This document shows positions 12,536 through 25,699 of a stretch of DNA of 64,000 bases, in pieces. This DNA comes from Mustelus asterias (taxonomy: Eukaryota), in NCBI RefSeq assembly GCF_964213995.1, contig NC_135804.1:47678001-47742000 (forward strand), read 5' to 3'. How positions within the stretch are numbered: position 1 is the stretch's first letter; each line of letters opens with the position of its first letter. The translations under genes and the position numbers were made by a program. The notes below the pieces were generated by a model. That model had not been told where the DNA came from and made no database searches. It was given only the letters and a program-made list of their open reading frames with translations.

Positions 12536-13942
12536 TACCAGAAATGACAGTAAATGGTTGGTGAATGCAGTTCACTGTACAGAAATTATGAAATTGTGAA
12601 CTAATGAACAATTATGAATTGGAAAATTGACAGGTTCTCTAGATCATAAATCTTTAAAGGTGAGAGGATAGATACAAGGGGCCATTAAAGGGCAAAAAGG
12701 ATTCTGGGCTTTATACAATGGAGCAAGTAATGTGATGTATAAATTCTACAAAATGTTGATTAGGCCACAGGTGGAGTACTGCTTATAGCTTTGGGAACTT
12801 TAATTTTGAAAGGACACCATAACAATGGAAAGAGTAAAGCAAACATTACACAATCATACCAAGATTGAGGAATGACAGTGATTTACCACTCAATGGAAAT
12901 AAACTTTCACCAGTTACAAGAAGAATCTAAATTTAAGGAAACCATTGTAGGTATTTGTTCCTTAGCTGGAACTATTATCGATTGAATCTCTTTCTTTATG
13001 TGCCCTTTCTCTATATATTGTAGATAATTCCTTTGCAAATACTTATCCAAATCTATATGGAATGGTGCTATAATTTCAACCTCCCTCATCAATTTAAGTG
13101 GTGAAGCATTCCATTGTCTAATAATCCTGACTTTGTAACTTAAAAAAAAGGAGTTTGAGACTCAGGACTGACATTAGAAGAGTGAAAGGTAAAGTTAGAA
13201 CATAATATTTTCACAAAAATGGTTATTATAATATTGGATGTTCCACCACACTAAACATGACAAAAATATGAGCTGTGGTCAACATGCGATTAGTTTGATA
13301 AAACCATTGACTCCAGTGATCCATTCTGCTGCCACTAGCCTGAAATTAATACAAGATTAAAAATAGTTTGAATGTAATTATGTTTTATGGGACCTAGTTC
13401 CCACAGTAGCTGTTCTGACATTTTTTTTAAAACAACAGAATAATGGACCCTAAGGAATTGTATTCCTTTGTTCTAAATGGGTGTACTCTATGTAGGTCTG
13501 TTTCAACAGGGGATTTATTTTACATAAATGACCAAGGCTGGGATGATTATCAAATTTCTTAAGTTCCAATACCTATTTGAGTCACTGGAGCAACACTTTA
13601 GAAGCTATTTTATAAAATGATATATATTACATTCCCTAGACTCTGTAAAAGACTTATAAAACTATTATTTCCCTTCTCTCATCTTATTTTATTCCTTACA
13701 GGTTCCCCAATTGTCTGTCCATAGATTCTGTAAACCAAGGCGAGATTGCCTGCATCTTCCAAAGAGGCCAAAACAAAATTCTTTGTTCCAAAATTGCAAT
13801 ATCCATTTCACCTAACTGAAAAGTGACAAAAGACAGAGATCTTTCACCAGACATTTGAAGTAGAAGGCAGCAGCAGGAAGAACTCTGTTTCTTGGAAAAG
13901 CTGCCAGGAAATAATTATTATTCCAAAATGGAAGCTGCTAGG

Positions 13943-14290
13943 TCATAGAATCATGGAATCCCGAGAGCGCAGAAGGAGCCCATTCGGCCCATCAAGTCTG
14001 CACCAACTCTCTGACAGAGCATCTTACCCAGACTCACCCTATGCCCTATCTCCGTAACCCCACACATTTATCTCACTAATCCCCCTAACCTACACATCTT
14101 GGAACATTAAAGGGGCGATTTAACATGGTCAACTACCTAACTTGCACATCTTTGGAGTATAGGAGGAAACAGGAGTACCCGGAGGAAACCCACGTAGGCA
14201 CGGGGAAAACGTGCAAACTCCAGTCATCGAAGGCCGGAATTAAACTCGGGTCTCTGGAGCTGAGAGGTAGCAGTGCTAACAACTGTGCCA
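13943..14290 (-). mobile_element. HE1-type V-SINE, older copy, CR1 tail
   Basis: tRNA head, V-domain and (ATTCTATG)-type tail. Confidence 0.88.
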
Positions 14291-14649
14291 TGCAAACAGT
14301 CAGCGCAATGACGTGGTGATTTTTTCTGACTGAAATTAATTTCAGATTAATGCTTATAAAAATAGTGGGTGGAATTTTCTCTCTTCCCCCCCCCCCCCCG
14401 CACGCGTGTCAGCTTGGCCAGGTCAGGAAATGTGGTATGTCCCCTGCCAGCTGCATTGCTGGCTTTTCCCACCAAAGTTTTAAACACTCTGGAAAAGGAA
14501 ATCCTGGAGGCAGGTTCCATAACATCATGCTGGCAGGGTGGGCTCTCCGATGTAAAACAAATTAAATTGAGGATCCCCCCCTCCTGGATTCAGACAACAG
14601 CCCTCCCTCCTTGCCAAACCTCCCCAACAGAAGGACAACAAAGTAGGGA

Positions 14650-14978
14650 AAAGTTTCTGCCTTCTGTGTTCAAATCCATGGGCCCCATTCCATCTCTAAC
14701 CTCCTTTCAGCTGGTCAACCCTACAAAAACTCAGTGTGCCTCCAACTCTTCATTGTTGTGCATTTCCCAGATCCTTAGTCCCACAATTGGCAGTCACACT
14801 TACAGTTGCCTCAGTCTCAAGGTCCGGAATTCCTCTGCTGAACCTCAGTCTCTCCAACCATCCATCTTAAAACCCACCTCCTGGATCAATTTCTCCTTTG
14901 GTTTGGTATCAATTTTTCTTATCACACAACCGCCCTTGAAATGTTTTCCATATTAAAGACACTACATAAATGCAAGTT
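14650..14978 (+). mobile_element. L2 3' end fragment
   Basis: Ends with ctacataaatgcaagtt; reverse-complement similarity to 56592-56850. Confidence 0.6.
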
Positions 14979-14984
14979 ATCATA

Positions 14985-15660
14985 AATGGCCCAAAGATTT
15001 GAACACAAAAGGCAGAAATTTTAAAATTGGTGAGCTGGGGATCAACTGACATCTCAGTGAGCGCAGGGGTAATGGGTGAGTGGGATTTAGTGCAGGTTCG
15101 AGCACAAGGAGCAGATTTCAATCAGCTCAAATTAATGGACAGTAGATGATGAGAAGCCAACCAGGAGATCATGAGAAAGTCAAGGCCGGAGGTAACAATA
15201 GGTTGGAAAAGGATTTCGGCAGTAGAAAAACTGAGGCATCAGTGGGAACCAGCAGTGCCACAAAAGTTAAAGTTTATTTGTTAGTCACAAGTAAGTTAGT
15301 CACTGCAATGAAGTCACTCTGAAATTCCACCAGTTGCCACACTACGGCGCCCATTTGGGTCAATGCACCTAACCAGCACGTCTTTCAGACTGTGTGAAGA
15401 AACTGGAGCACCCAGAGGAAACACACGCAGACATGGGGAGAACGCGCAAACTCCACACAGACAGTGACCCAAGCCAGGAATCGAACCCGGGTCCCTGGCA
15501 CGGTGAGGCAGCAGTGCTAGCCACTGTGCCAAAGTGGAAATAGGCGATGTTTGTAATGGAAAGGATATAGGGTCAGAAGCTCAGCTCAGGGTCAAATAGG
15601 ATGCTAAGGATATCATTAGTCTGTTTCAGTCAAAATGGTCACCATGTTGATATGAAAAAC
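14985..15660 (-). mobile_element. L2 fragment interrupted by a SINE
   Basis: Similar to 51330-51660 and 6260-6910. Confidence 0.6.
15263..15531 (-). mobile_element. V-SINE, Rex1-like tail type
   Basis: Boxes A and B, V-domain, shortened tail; possible TSD AAAGT. Confidence 0.9.
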
Positions 15661-16449
15661 AGTTTCTTCATTTTTTGTTTATCACGATTCAATGCAATGG
15701 GACAACAACAATCTATGGATTGTGCACATTTGAGAGATATTGTGTCAGATTGTACTATTTCAAATAGGCAACACAATAATGAACAGCTTAAAATTAATGT
15801 AAATCAGAAATTCAAAGAGACAGTGCAAATAAATTCTTAATTGCACTTTTGATGCCAATTTGACTGAAGTTAATTGGAAAACTAGATTTGCTTATCATTT
15901 GGCTAATGCTGCAAAACAAGGATATTGCAAGAGTGTGCTGTTGTAGATTCTTTGATGGACCATTTGCTTAATGCTAGTTTTAAAGTTAATCCAGTTATAA
16001 TGCACAACTTTTAATCACCAAAGTATCAATTACACAGAATTACTGTTCACAGTCATTGTAACATCAGTCTAACACCCTGGAAGTAGTCACAGGAAAAACA
16101 TCTTCAGAGATCAGACTTTGTTTTGAAACAATCAATCTCTGTTTATTTTGGACTTCCTTACATTCAAAAACGGAAGGAACCTTGCTTCCTTTTACAACTT
16201 TTGTTGATGTTATTTAAGGATTTGGCTCAAACTCCTCCTTCAAAAGAACACTTCAAATCGCCTTTTCAAATTTTCACAATGTAAAGGAATCTATATAAAA
16301 AACAGCTCAAAGCTTGGTTTTCCGTACTTCTGAACAAAGGAGTACACGATGTTTGAATGCAGTCGAGATTATTTATCATATTCAAGCCAATCTGGACCTT
16401 TGGCCTCAAAATGGCCATTGTTGTGACTCAGTTCCATATAAAAATGTGA

Positions 16450-17790
16450 CGAGATGACTAAAGTAGTAGGCAGGGGAATGTCTGTGGATGTTTCTGCGTG
16501 CACCTCCAGAAAGTAATATAGATTCACAAAGAATTTAGCTAAAGTTGAAGATCATGGAATTGAGGGCAGATTATTGATCTGATTAGCAAATTGGCTCAAT
16601 GACAGGAGACAGGGTAGGGATGAGACAGGTACTCTAATTGACAAGGGTGTGACTAGTGGTGTCCCAAAAGGATCTCTGTTGGGGTCTCAATTATTCACTG
16701 TTTCATTAATGATTTAGATGATGGAATAGAATGCCTCACTGTCAAATTGGTTGATGATATAAAAAAGGGCAGTATGAGAAGTAGTGCAAATTACAGAAAA
16801 GTTAATCTATTAAGTGAATGAATGAAAACAATAGCAAATGGGCTTCAAAGTAAGCAAATGTGTGGTCATCCACTTTGGACCTAAAGAGAGAACATATATG
16901 GTACTTTCTACATGGTGAAAAGTTAGAAAAAGGTCAGGAATTTTGATGCACAAGACCAGTGGTATAGTGCCAAATTTTGAGATGGGGGAACGCTAAGAAA
17001 TTGCAATGGTCATATAATTTACTATTTTGCTTTTTTCCTATTTATTAATCATTTGAGTTGCCAAACATCAATAAAACTATGATTTTTAAGTGAAATACGT
17101 TAGCACCAGTACGCATTTTATTTTGAATCCTGTGGTATTTTGTTTAATTATTTAATTCAAGCATATATAAACATGAAATATAGGGGGGAGAAAAATTACT
17201 TCCAACTAGGGGATGGTATGTAGAGGGATCAGTGCTTTTCTTGATTAATATTAATAATCTAAACTTGGGTGTATAGGGCACAATTTCAAAATTTGAAGAT
17301 GACACAAGATCAAAAGCATTGTGAACTGTGAGGAGAATAGCAATAGACTTCAAGAGGATATATACAGGCTGTTGGAATGGGCAGGCATGTGGCAGATGAC
17401 ATTTAATGGACAGCAGTGCGAAGTGATACATTTTGGTAAGAAGAATGAGGAGAAGCAACATAAAAAAAAGGGTACAATTCGAAAGGACATGCAGGTGCAA
17501 AGAGAGCAGGGTGTATATGTACATAAATCATTGAAGGTGTCAGGGCAAGTTTAGAAAGCAGCTCATAAATTATTTATGAATCCTGGTTTTATAAATAGGG
17601 GCACAGAGTATGAAAGCGAGTAAGTTATGAACCTTCATAAAACACTGATTCAGCCTCAACAGGAAGGATGTGAAGGTTTTAAAAAGGGTGCAGAGAAGAT
17701 TTATGAGAATGGTTGAAGGAATGAGATATTTTAGTTATATGAATAGATTGGCAAAACGAGGGCTGTACTCCCTGAAGAGGAGGTTAAAAT
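16450..17790 (+). mobile_element. Two old CR1 RT fragments
   Basis: gtgactagtggtgtccca (VTSGVP) near 16650; ORF 17321 LQEDIYRLLEWAGMWQMTFN..CEVIHFG. Confidence 0.75.
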
Positions 17791-17979
17791 AGAGGATTGC
17801 AAGCAACTTCTTTTTCACAGAGTAGAGGCTTTCCCATTTAATCCAGAGTAATAATTGAAATATAACTGCATTAGCTCCGGCAATGCACGGCAATTACCTT
17901 ACAATCCAGCAACGTGATTTCCAAAGGAAATAAAACAAAATAGGAAACAACACTTGGGAGGCAGTAATTTACCTAATCA

Positions 17980-20480
17980 TGCACAGGTATGACTGAACAT
18001 TCACCTCTAATTTTCTGATTTATACTGTGATTTACATTACCACTGTTGTTTGGTGGTCTATAAAGAACTCCTACCAATGTTTTCTGCCCTTTCTTAGTTT
18101 ATTCCAAACTTATTCTACATCTTGATCTTTAGAATGAGGGTCATTTCTTATTACAGTACTAATACACTATTTAACATAGCTAACCCACCAACTTTCCCCA
18201 GCTTTCCGCTCTTCCCGAATGTCACATATCCATGGGTATTAAGGTCCCAACTTTGGTTTCCTTGACACCACAACTCTAACAGCCATCAGGCCATGCATAT
18301 TGTGATAGTAGTGTACCTTTAAGAGTTTTTAAAAAATTCATGCTCACAGCCTTAGGTGATGTCATTGTTGGGAGGACAAAAAACTGTGTGCAGGTCAGGT
18401 GACAAGGATTGGTTTTTAGTTTTGTTTTGGCTGTAGTGTTGGAAGCAGTCTTAGAAGCAAGTTGGAAAAGAAGTCTCTTTCTCTTTTGCTTTGAAAATTT
18501 TACCAGTTAGCTTAAAGAAAGGCTTGTTGCCATGCTGCAGTAAAGAATCTGTGCTTTGGTATTTTGGGGAGCTGATCTGACTACAAACTGTTGAGTTTTC
18601 AAGATCATTTGAAATCAGCATTCAATCCAAGGAACTGGATTCCAGTATCATGCGAGCTTTAGCCTGTGCAGTGATAAATCTGTTTAAAGGGTTTTGTCTA
18701 TTAGATATTGGTTTTGATTGGAACAACTGATATATACTGGTTAAGGGTTATATATTATTGTGGTTGTTCTGTTTTCGCTTGCAATTGATAAAAGTTATTA
18801 CTAATTTTCATTCTATATATGTTAACTATATTCTTAAATAAACTTTGTTTGATAAAAGCTCCCTAGTGGGTCTTTTGAATCACACCTGAAGTGGAATATA
18901 TCATGCCTATCCTAGCCAAATTCAAGTTGCAAAACTTATGATTCAGGCAGGCTTTATAAAACACTTGAGTTTCTAACCTGAGCCATAACAATATGAATTT
19001 CTATTTGAAATGACAGTGTGTTTTATTGCAAATACTGCAATAACTCAGCTTAAAAAACTGTTTTGAATACACTTTGGTCCGATCTGCTGGCACATTCTGA
19101 ATTTTGCATTCTCTATCCCTTTCTTCCATGCTCTGATTATCCTTACTTTTGATCGATTGCTTTGTTAAATTCCTTAATTTATTCAATCTTCTCTAACATG
19201 ATCCCTTTCCCCCACCATTTAGTTTACAGCCATCTCTACTTCCCCAGTTACATGACTTGCTCGAACACTGGTCTCAGCACAGTTCAAATGAAATCCAACC
19301 CAATGGTACAGCTCCCACTTCCCGCAGTACTGGTGTCAGTGCCCCATCAATTGGTCCCATTTTCCCCACACCAGTCTTTGAGCCATTCATTTGTCTAATT
19401 TTATGCACCCTATGCCAATTTGCATTTGGCTCAGGTAAGGATTATTACCCGAGGTTCTGCTTTCGAAATTTAATACCTAGTTCCTCATACAACCTATACA
19501 GAACCTCTTTCCTTGCTTTACTTATTCACTTGGTACCTAAATGGACCACAACAACTGGATCCTCCCCCTCCCACTGCAAGTTCCTCTCCATTCCTGAGCA
19601 GATATTCTAAATCCTGGTACTGGGCAAGCAACACAGTGTTCTGGATTCTTGCTCCCAGCTGCAGAGAATGGTGTCTATTCCCATGGCTATACTGTCCCCT
19701 ACAACTGCTGCATCTCATAACTTCTCCCACTTGAATGGCTTCCTGTACCATGCTTAATCTGCTCATCTACACACAGTCCTGCTCTTGTCCATACAAGCTA
19801 CAAGAACCTCGAACTTGTTGCTCAAATGCAAGGGTTGAGACACCTCGATCTCCTTACCAGCCTGACTCGCAGTGGCACCATTCTGTCCCTGACACTGACC
19901 AAATCATATGCTGCTAACATTAAGGGATGTGACTGCCTTCTGGAACAAAGTATCCAGGTAATTTTCCATCTCCATGATGATTTGCAACGTCTGCAGCTCA
20001 ACCTCCAGCTCATTAACTCTGAGCTGAGCTCCTTAAGCTGCAGACATTTACTACAGACACGGTTGCCATGGATTGCAGTGTCATCTAGGAACCCCTGCAT
20101 ACTGCAGCCGTGACAACACCCATCCTGCCATCTTTATTGCCTTAATTAAGTTTATTTTTCTTAATTTATAGTTCCCCTCTTCACCAAACTACCTACCTCA
20201 TTGAACTGCCAGCTCCACACACTTGTGCACTGAGAGATCCCTATATTTATACTTTCTGAAAAACAGATTTAGCTCTGCTGAAGCTCAGAAACCAATTAAA
20301 GCTAGCTACCCAATTAACTAGTTAGAGCTGTCAGAGAGTTTGTGTATCCCTGTTTAAGATTGGAAGAAACTTAACTTAAACTGTAATTTTTAGTTAACTT
20401 CTAAATGGAAACAAAAATTAAATTTGTGATGTTAATGCTTAAACCAAATGCCCAGCTTCACACACTGTACTCAAGTAGCA
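17980..20480 (-). mobile_element. Old CR1 5' part (5' UTR, ORF1, start of APE) with a nested LTR
   Basis: ORF 19822-20100 VCSKCLQLKEL (ORF1 Cys/leucine-zipper region); frameshifted esterase region 19250-19770; YRPP-like remnant near 18060. Confidence 0.7.
18301..18990 (+). mobile_element. Solo LTR (Ty3/Gypsy-like)
   Basis: TGTGAT...ATAACA termini, perfect ATAT duplication (18297-18300 and 18991-18994), AATAAA at 18837-18842. Confidence 0.85.
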
Positions 20481-20529
20481 CTCAATGCAGTTCGTCAAAA
20501 TAATGTGAAGGAATCCTGTATATCCACCC

Positions 20530-20690
20530 TAGAAACTAAGCGGGGCCTTGACATTTCAGCCAAAAGGCAGCACCTTCACCAGTGCAGCACCCCTCAGCAC
20601 TGCTCTGATCTTTGTGCTAGCATCCTGGAATTTGGACTTGAACCTACATCCTTCTGGCCCAGAAAGAAGTGTTTTACCAACTGATCCATG
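20530..20690 (-). mobile_element. Deu-SINE head fragment
   Basis: ggcagcacc..cagtgcagcacccctcagcactgc plus box B-like cttgaacc. Confidence 0.55.
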
Positions 20691-21685
20691 GCTGGCACTT
20701 GGTTTTAAGTATGGGTTTGACTAATTTTCAAACATTGTCTGCGGTGTACATTTTTTAAATAAGCACTGCAAATAATTCTGATTTGGAGGGATTCATATTT
20801 AGGAATTTACAATGTAAAGTAAATTGGAATGCCATATGATTCCAGTTTTCCAGAATAAACAGGGTTTCAAAGAACATTCCACTATCAAGTAAAATGCATT
20901 TAACAGACTTTCCAGACAGAGACCACAGAACATTTTCATAACTGTATCGCATACCAAAAGTCCTAAATGTAGCTAACAAGGTTTGTGCATCTTGAAACAT
21001 AGACTGTAATTACTGCAATGCACTAACATTCCACCATTGGACTTTCTCCAGAAATAACGCAGATGCCCGAGCCCAAGTCAATAGCAGTTTTATCTTATAA
21101 ATTTGGCAGCAATATAATGCAAACTAAAAGCCACCAGCTGTTCTGAAATTCTGTTCAATGAAAGTGCATTCCACTATTATTTGGTTTCAGAAGAATGTCT
21201 TTGTTTAGAATTCATCCCTTAAAATACCCTTGAAGCAGTCTGGGAACCTGGGCTGCCGCTGCCCAGTTTTTCATGTTGACTGAATTGTAATCAACTGACA
21301 GGCGACTTGAAGTAATGTATGAAGTAATAACACTAATGGGATTGTTCCAAAACAGAGGAGATTTAGAAGTGAATATAAAATGTTTAGCAGCTGCTGTTAT
21401 TCCCTTAATGGTTGAAGAATACTGTACATTGTAAATTTTTATTTTTAAAAAATCGTACAAATGTAGAAATATATCAACAGACAAAAAGCCAATTTATTTA
21501 ATGACTTGGGTTTTAAAGCAACCTTTACACATGATAACTGTGGTTGATTAATGCAACATATGAGCCTGAAAGTTCCATACAGATAAAGTATTACTAAAGG
21601 ACCATAAACACTCTACAATCATTCACTCAGTATATACAAGAATATAACAGTTACAATAATGAGGTCTAGAAGATTATTATAAAGA

Positions 21686-21900
21686 GGTCTTGTGGCATAG
21701 TAGGTAGCGTTCCTGCCCCCGAGCCAGGTGGTCTGGATTCGAGTCCCATCCCAGGAAATGTTGGTCAAGGAAAGTGCGTTCATAACACAGGGAAACAGGT
21801 TGAATATTAGCCTGCAAAATCCTTCCAATACACACAAGTGGCAAGAGTGGGAAACTCCTGGCCAGTTATGTGCTGGAAAGAAAGTTGTAGCATCTAACTT
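21686..21900 (+). mobile_element. tRNA-derived SINE of another family
   Basis: Box A TGGCATAGTAGG, box B GGATTCGAGTCC; body unrelated to V or Deu domains. Confidence 0.55.
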
Positions 21901-22169
21901 CACTATTCATTGCTCCAGACTACAACGTGGATGTAAAAGTGCATGCAACTCAAATTTCCTAAGTGAACCATGATACACCAGCACTAAGATGGTTATGTTT
22001 TGGTAATTGTCTTGAACTGAAGGCAAAATGAAAGAGCTCAATGTGACCTGCTTTGGAGTTAAAAGTCCCAGGCTTGGAAAGGAAAAAAACAGAAGCAAAT
22101 CCTTAGGAGCCAAGAATCATTTTTGACTGATTTTGGAAGAATTGAATGTCTACTTAAAGGACAGTGCAA

Positions 22170-22810
22170 TGCAATTGTATAGAACTTTGATGGGACCACA
22201 CCTGAAGGTTGTGTACCCCTTTGGTCTCCTTACTGGATAGACTTGCCAGAGACAGAAAGCAAAGATGGTTAACCAAACTGATTGTGGGATTGTCCTACCA
22301 GTAGAGATTGAGGGGGTTGAGCCTGTATTTTCTAGAATCTAGAAAGAGAGGCGATCTCATTGAAACAAACAAAATTCTTACAGGCCTCAATGAGGTAGAT
22401 GCAGGAAGGATGTTACCCCTGGCTGGGGTCTAGAACTCGGGGACACACTGGGCAGGACTTTCCGGCTGCACTCGCCCAAGGCCAGAAAATCCTACCCAAG
22501 GTCAACGGACCTTTGTATGGTCCGCCCCCGCCCACTACAATTCTCATGGCAGGTAGGACGGGACAATTCCACCCTGTCTCAGAATAAGGGATAGGTCATT
22601 TAGGGCTAAAATGAGGAGAAATGTCTTCACTCCGAGGGTGATGAATCTTTGGAGTTCTCTATCCTAGAGGGCTGCAGAGGCTCAGTCATTGAGTAAGTTC
22701 AAGACAGAGCATTAATATCTAGATAGCAAAGATATCAAGGATTTGACCATGGTGTGGGAAGGCAGCATTGAGAAAATGAGCCATGATCTAACTGAATGGT
22801 CCCATTTCCT
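22170..22810 (+). mobile_element. Old CR1 3' fragment
   Basis: gaggcgatctcattgaaac, atgaggagaaatgtcttcactccgagggtgatgaatctttgg. Confidence 0.8.
22451..22573. mobile_element. 123-bp MITE inserted in CR1
   Basis: TIR GGCAGGACTTTCC/GGACAATTCCACC, CTG on both flanks, CR1 resumes after it. Confidence 0.7.
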
Positions 22811-25699
22811 ATTTATACCTGATTATATGTTCTTTGGTTGTGTTAAAAGTTTCAAGTACAAATTGCCCTCAAAAATTGTGCTTTATCAAAATTGTTTATT
22901 ACAATAAACACCCTAACAACTTGAAACCTTGTGTCATCCATTCAGCTAAACTGGAAATTCAAATTTGTTTTTAGAAGTTATCAGTCTTTAAAGATATCCG
23001 AGCAACACAAAAGTAAATTATTTCTTAGACAATAAAGCAGTTAATTGCAAGTTTTCTATGGTTTTATTAGATGCTTCAGGAAAACCTGTGTTTGGTTTTG
23101 CATTTGGCAGACAACATTTCATTCGATAGCGGGTTTTATTTGTGACTTGCCATATTTATTTTAGAGCTAGTCACCTAGCCAGAGTTTTTATTTCATCTCT
23201 GAAATTACTTGTGAACTTGTTTCAATGGTGTGCCTCAATTGACATTTTTGCCAACTTATACAACGAAAACCATGATTCAACTGTGCACAAACTCCCAATT
23301 AATACAATTAATCTCAAGTAGGGCAGCACTCCCGCTATCCTGTCAAGGTAAGCATGTTGATTGCGAACAGAATGTGCAGACGCTTTGCATTTTTGCCCAC
23401 CTGCGGCCTAATTCTATTTCCCAGGCCGTGTACTGCACAGCGACAGATGCAATAGGTTCGCAAGTTCTCCTGCTCAAGTGCAGGATGGCAGATTCAGACC
23501 ACCTTGTCCCTAGAGGAACAAGGCCACATCACACACTCCAGGAAATAAAAAAAATAATCTTGCACACAACTGCAAGAATCAGAGAGGCAGAATGTTCTTA
23601 AAGGAATAGCTTACATATCTACAGCTTTCACTTAACAATATCAAAGTTTGGTCACAATATTGTGCAGGCAGGTTATTCTTTTACGATTCTGATTGGATTC
23701 GTAAGTAAGGAGGCAGCATCTGGCTCACCTTCTTCTGTATTTGCTGTAATGCAATGTTACAAAGTTTGTACTAGACCAGAATTGCGTTGTTAAAAAATAT
23801 AATTTGCATTTATATTGTAGTGCTTATAAACAAAGTCCATGACAAAAGAAAAATATGCTGCTGTACTGACTATTTTTCCTTCCCATTCATCAAGGCACTT
23901 TCACCACACTCCTGTCACCGACTCCCGATTTGCAGCTCTTCCACTGTTGAGATAACTGGCAAGTGTAAACTTAATAACTTCCATATTACCAGCAGCAGTG
24001 GTGACCCAACTCTTTTTGTGGGTCTCCTGAGCCAATGTCAGAAGTGTAACCGGTCTCCCATGGCCTTAGAAATGTATGGAGCTGGTTAAACACTTTCAGT
24101 ACAAATTTCCTGGTCCATTGAATCCAACTTCTTCCCTCAACCCAGAGGTCACCAGCATCTGATTCAGGAAGATAAAAATATATTATACTGCTCTATGCCT
24201 TCGCTTGCCTGCAGGCTGACTGTAGGAGGTTAAATCAGATAACAGTAAAGGCCATGTTTTGGCTTTCGGAATCAGATTCCAAAAGCTAACAGGAAAGGCA
24301 ATGTCGAGGAAAGTACAAATGCAGTAGAATGGTACTCAGAAGGTGGTTTAGCACCGGTCTCCCAAATCCACATTTAATGTCCAAGTACAAACAGTTTATA
24401 TTAATATTGAACAAAGTCTGTGAAATTTCATTTTACAGGTCACAAAATTCGAGCATGTGGTGAATTTAAAAATGGTTATCAATGGTCAACACTTCCACAC
24501 ATCTAAATTTGCTCCTGCATCTGCTCCTAGCTAGTCAACAAGCTCAGCATGCATTTAATTTAACTGAATTAAAAATCTACCTGAAAATGAGAAGGAATCA
24601 TTACAGATTTCACCAGATTAAGAACAAAACAAGGTAAAACTTCATCTGAGGCGCCATTCCATAGGTTTCCACAGAACAGAGCATCAGATGCTACATTTGA
24701 CAGGCAGCTTAAATTATGCTGTCCACTTTGTGTCACAGCCTGAGACAAAATTTTAGCTGTTGTAGATTGTATATAGTATAGTGGAAAGAGTTTTTTGCAC
24801 TAAATGAAAAAAAGCAGAATAAATCCAAATATAATGAATTTCCTTGTATTTTCAATGCAGATTGCTAAGCGCATTGGTTAGTTTTGACCACACTGGATAG
24901 CGCTGGGCACACTCAATGATTCTGAGTGCCTTTTGCAATTTGATTACATTTGATGTCAACGATGGCAAAATGCTGATCTATAATCAAACTCATGTCAAAT
25001 GACAACATTTGATGTCAAATGATCGCTGATCGGTTTTGAGCGCATAAAAATCATTTCAAAATTTGAACTCTTCCAACAAGCAAGCAACTCTTACTGGCTA
25101 CTGACCAGGAGCCTAAAAGGGATCTTGGAAGCTGTTCCTGCATTATTATGCAAGCTATTGCCTCGTGCAAGGTCATGGCAGCACATTTTTTTTTGCTTCA
25201 GGTCTTTTGTCACCTCAATTTAAACCAGCAGGTAAATGAGATCATCCCATTAGCAATAGCAGCTTCTAACCTGGGATTTCAGGATAGCATCTACTTCGAA
25301 AAAATTAACACCAGCTACTGGCTGAGAAATTGCTGGTTACTCAAATTAACCATTCAAACAGTAGCAGCAGGTGATTTATGAGTTTTTCCATAATTCCAAG
25401 TATTCCATGTAAATCATGATTTAGAAATCCACTAATTTTATTTGCATCAAATACCAAACTGCAGCACAATTGAGAACATCTCGCTGTTGAAATTAATTTG
25501 ATGGCACAAAGCGTAGGTGAACACTGTCAAATTAATATGCATCAATTTAAATTCATTACCATTTTTGCATTCACACCAGCACAGACAAAATTAAGGCATT
25601 ACACCGGGGAAAAGAGAGCTTCACAAATTACAGAAAATTTAACTAGTTCATGTCCTGTTCCATCATAGTTGACTATAATCGCATCAGTGCCTAATGCAA

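Noticed and set aside
14369-14956. 195-aa ORF
   Set aside because: Spans a MITE-like fragment and an L2 3' end; chance read-through of repeats.
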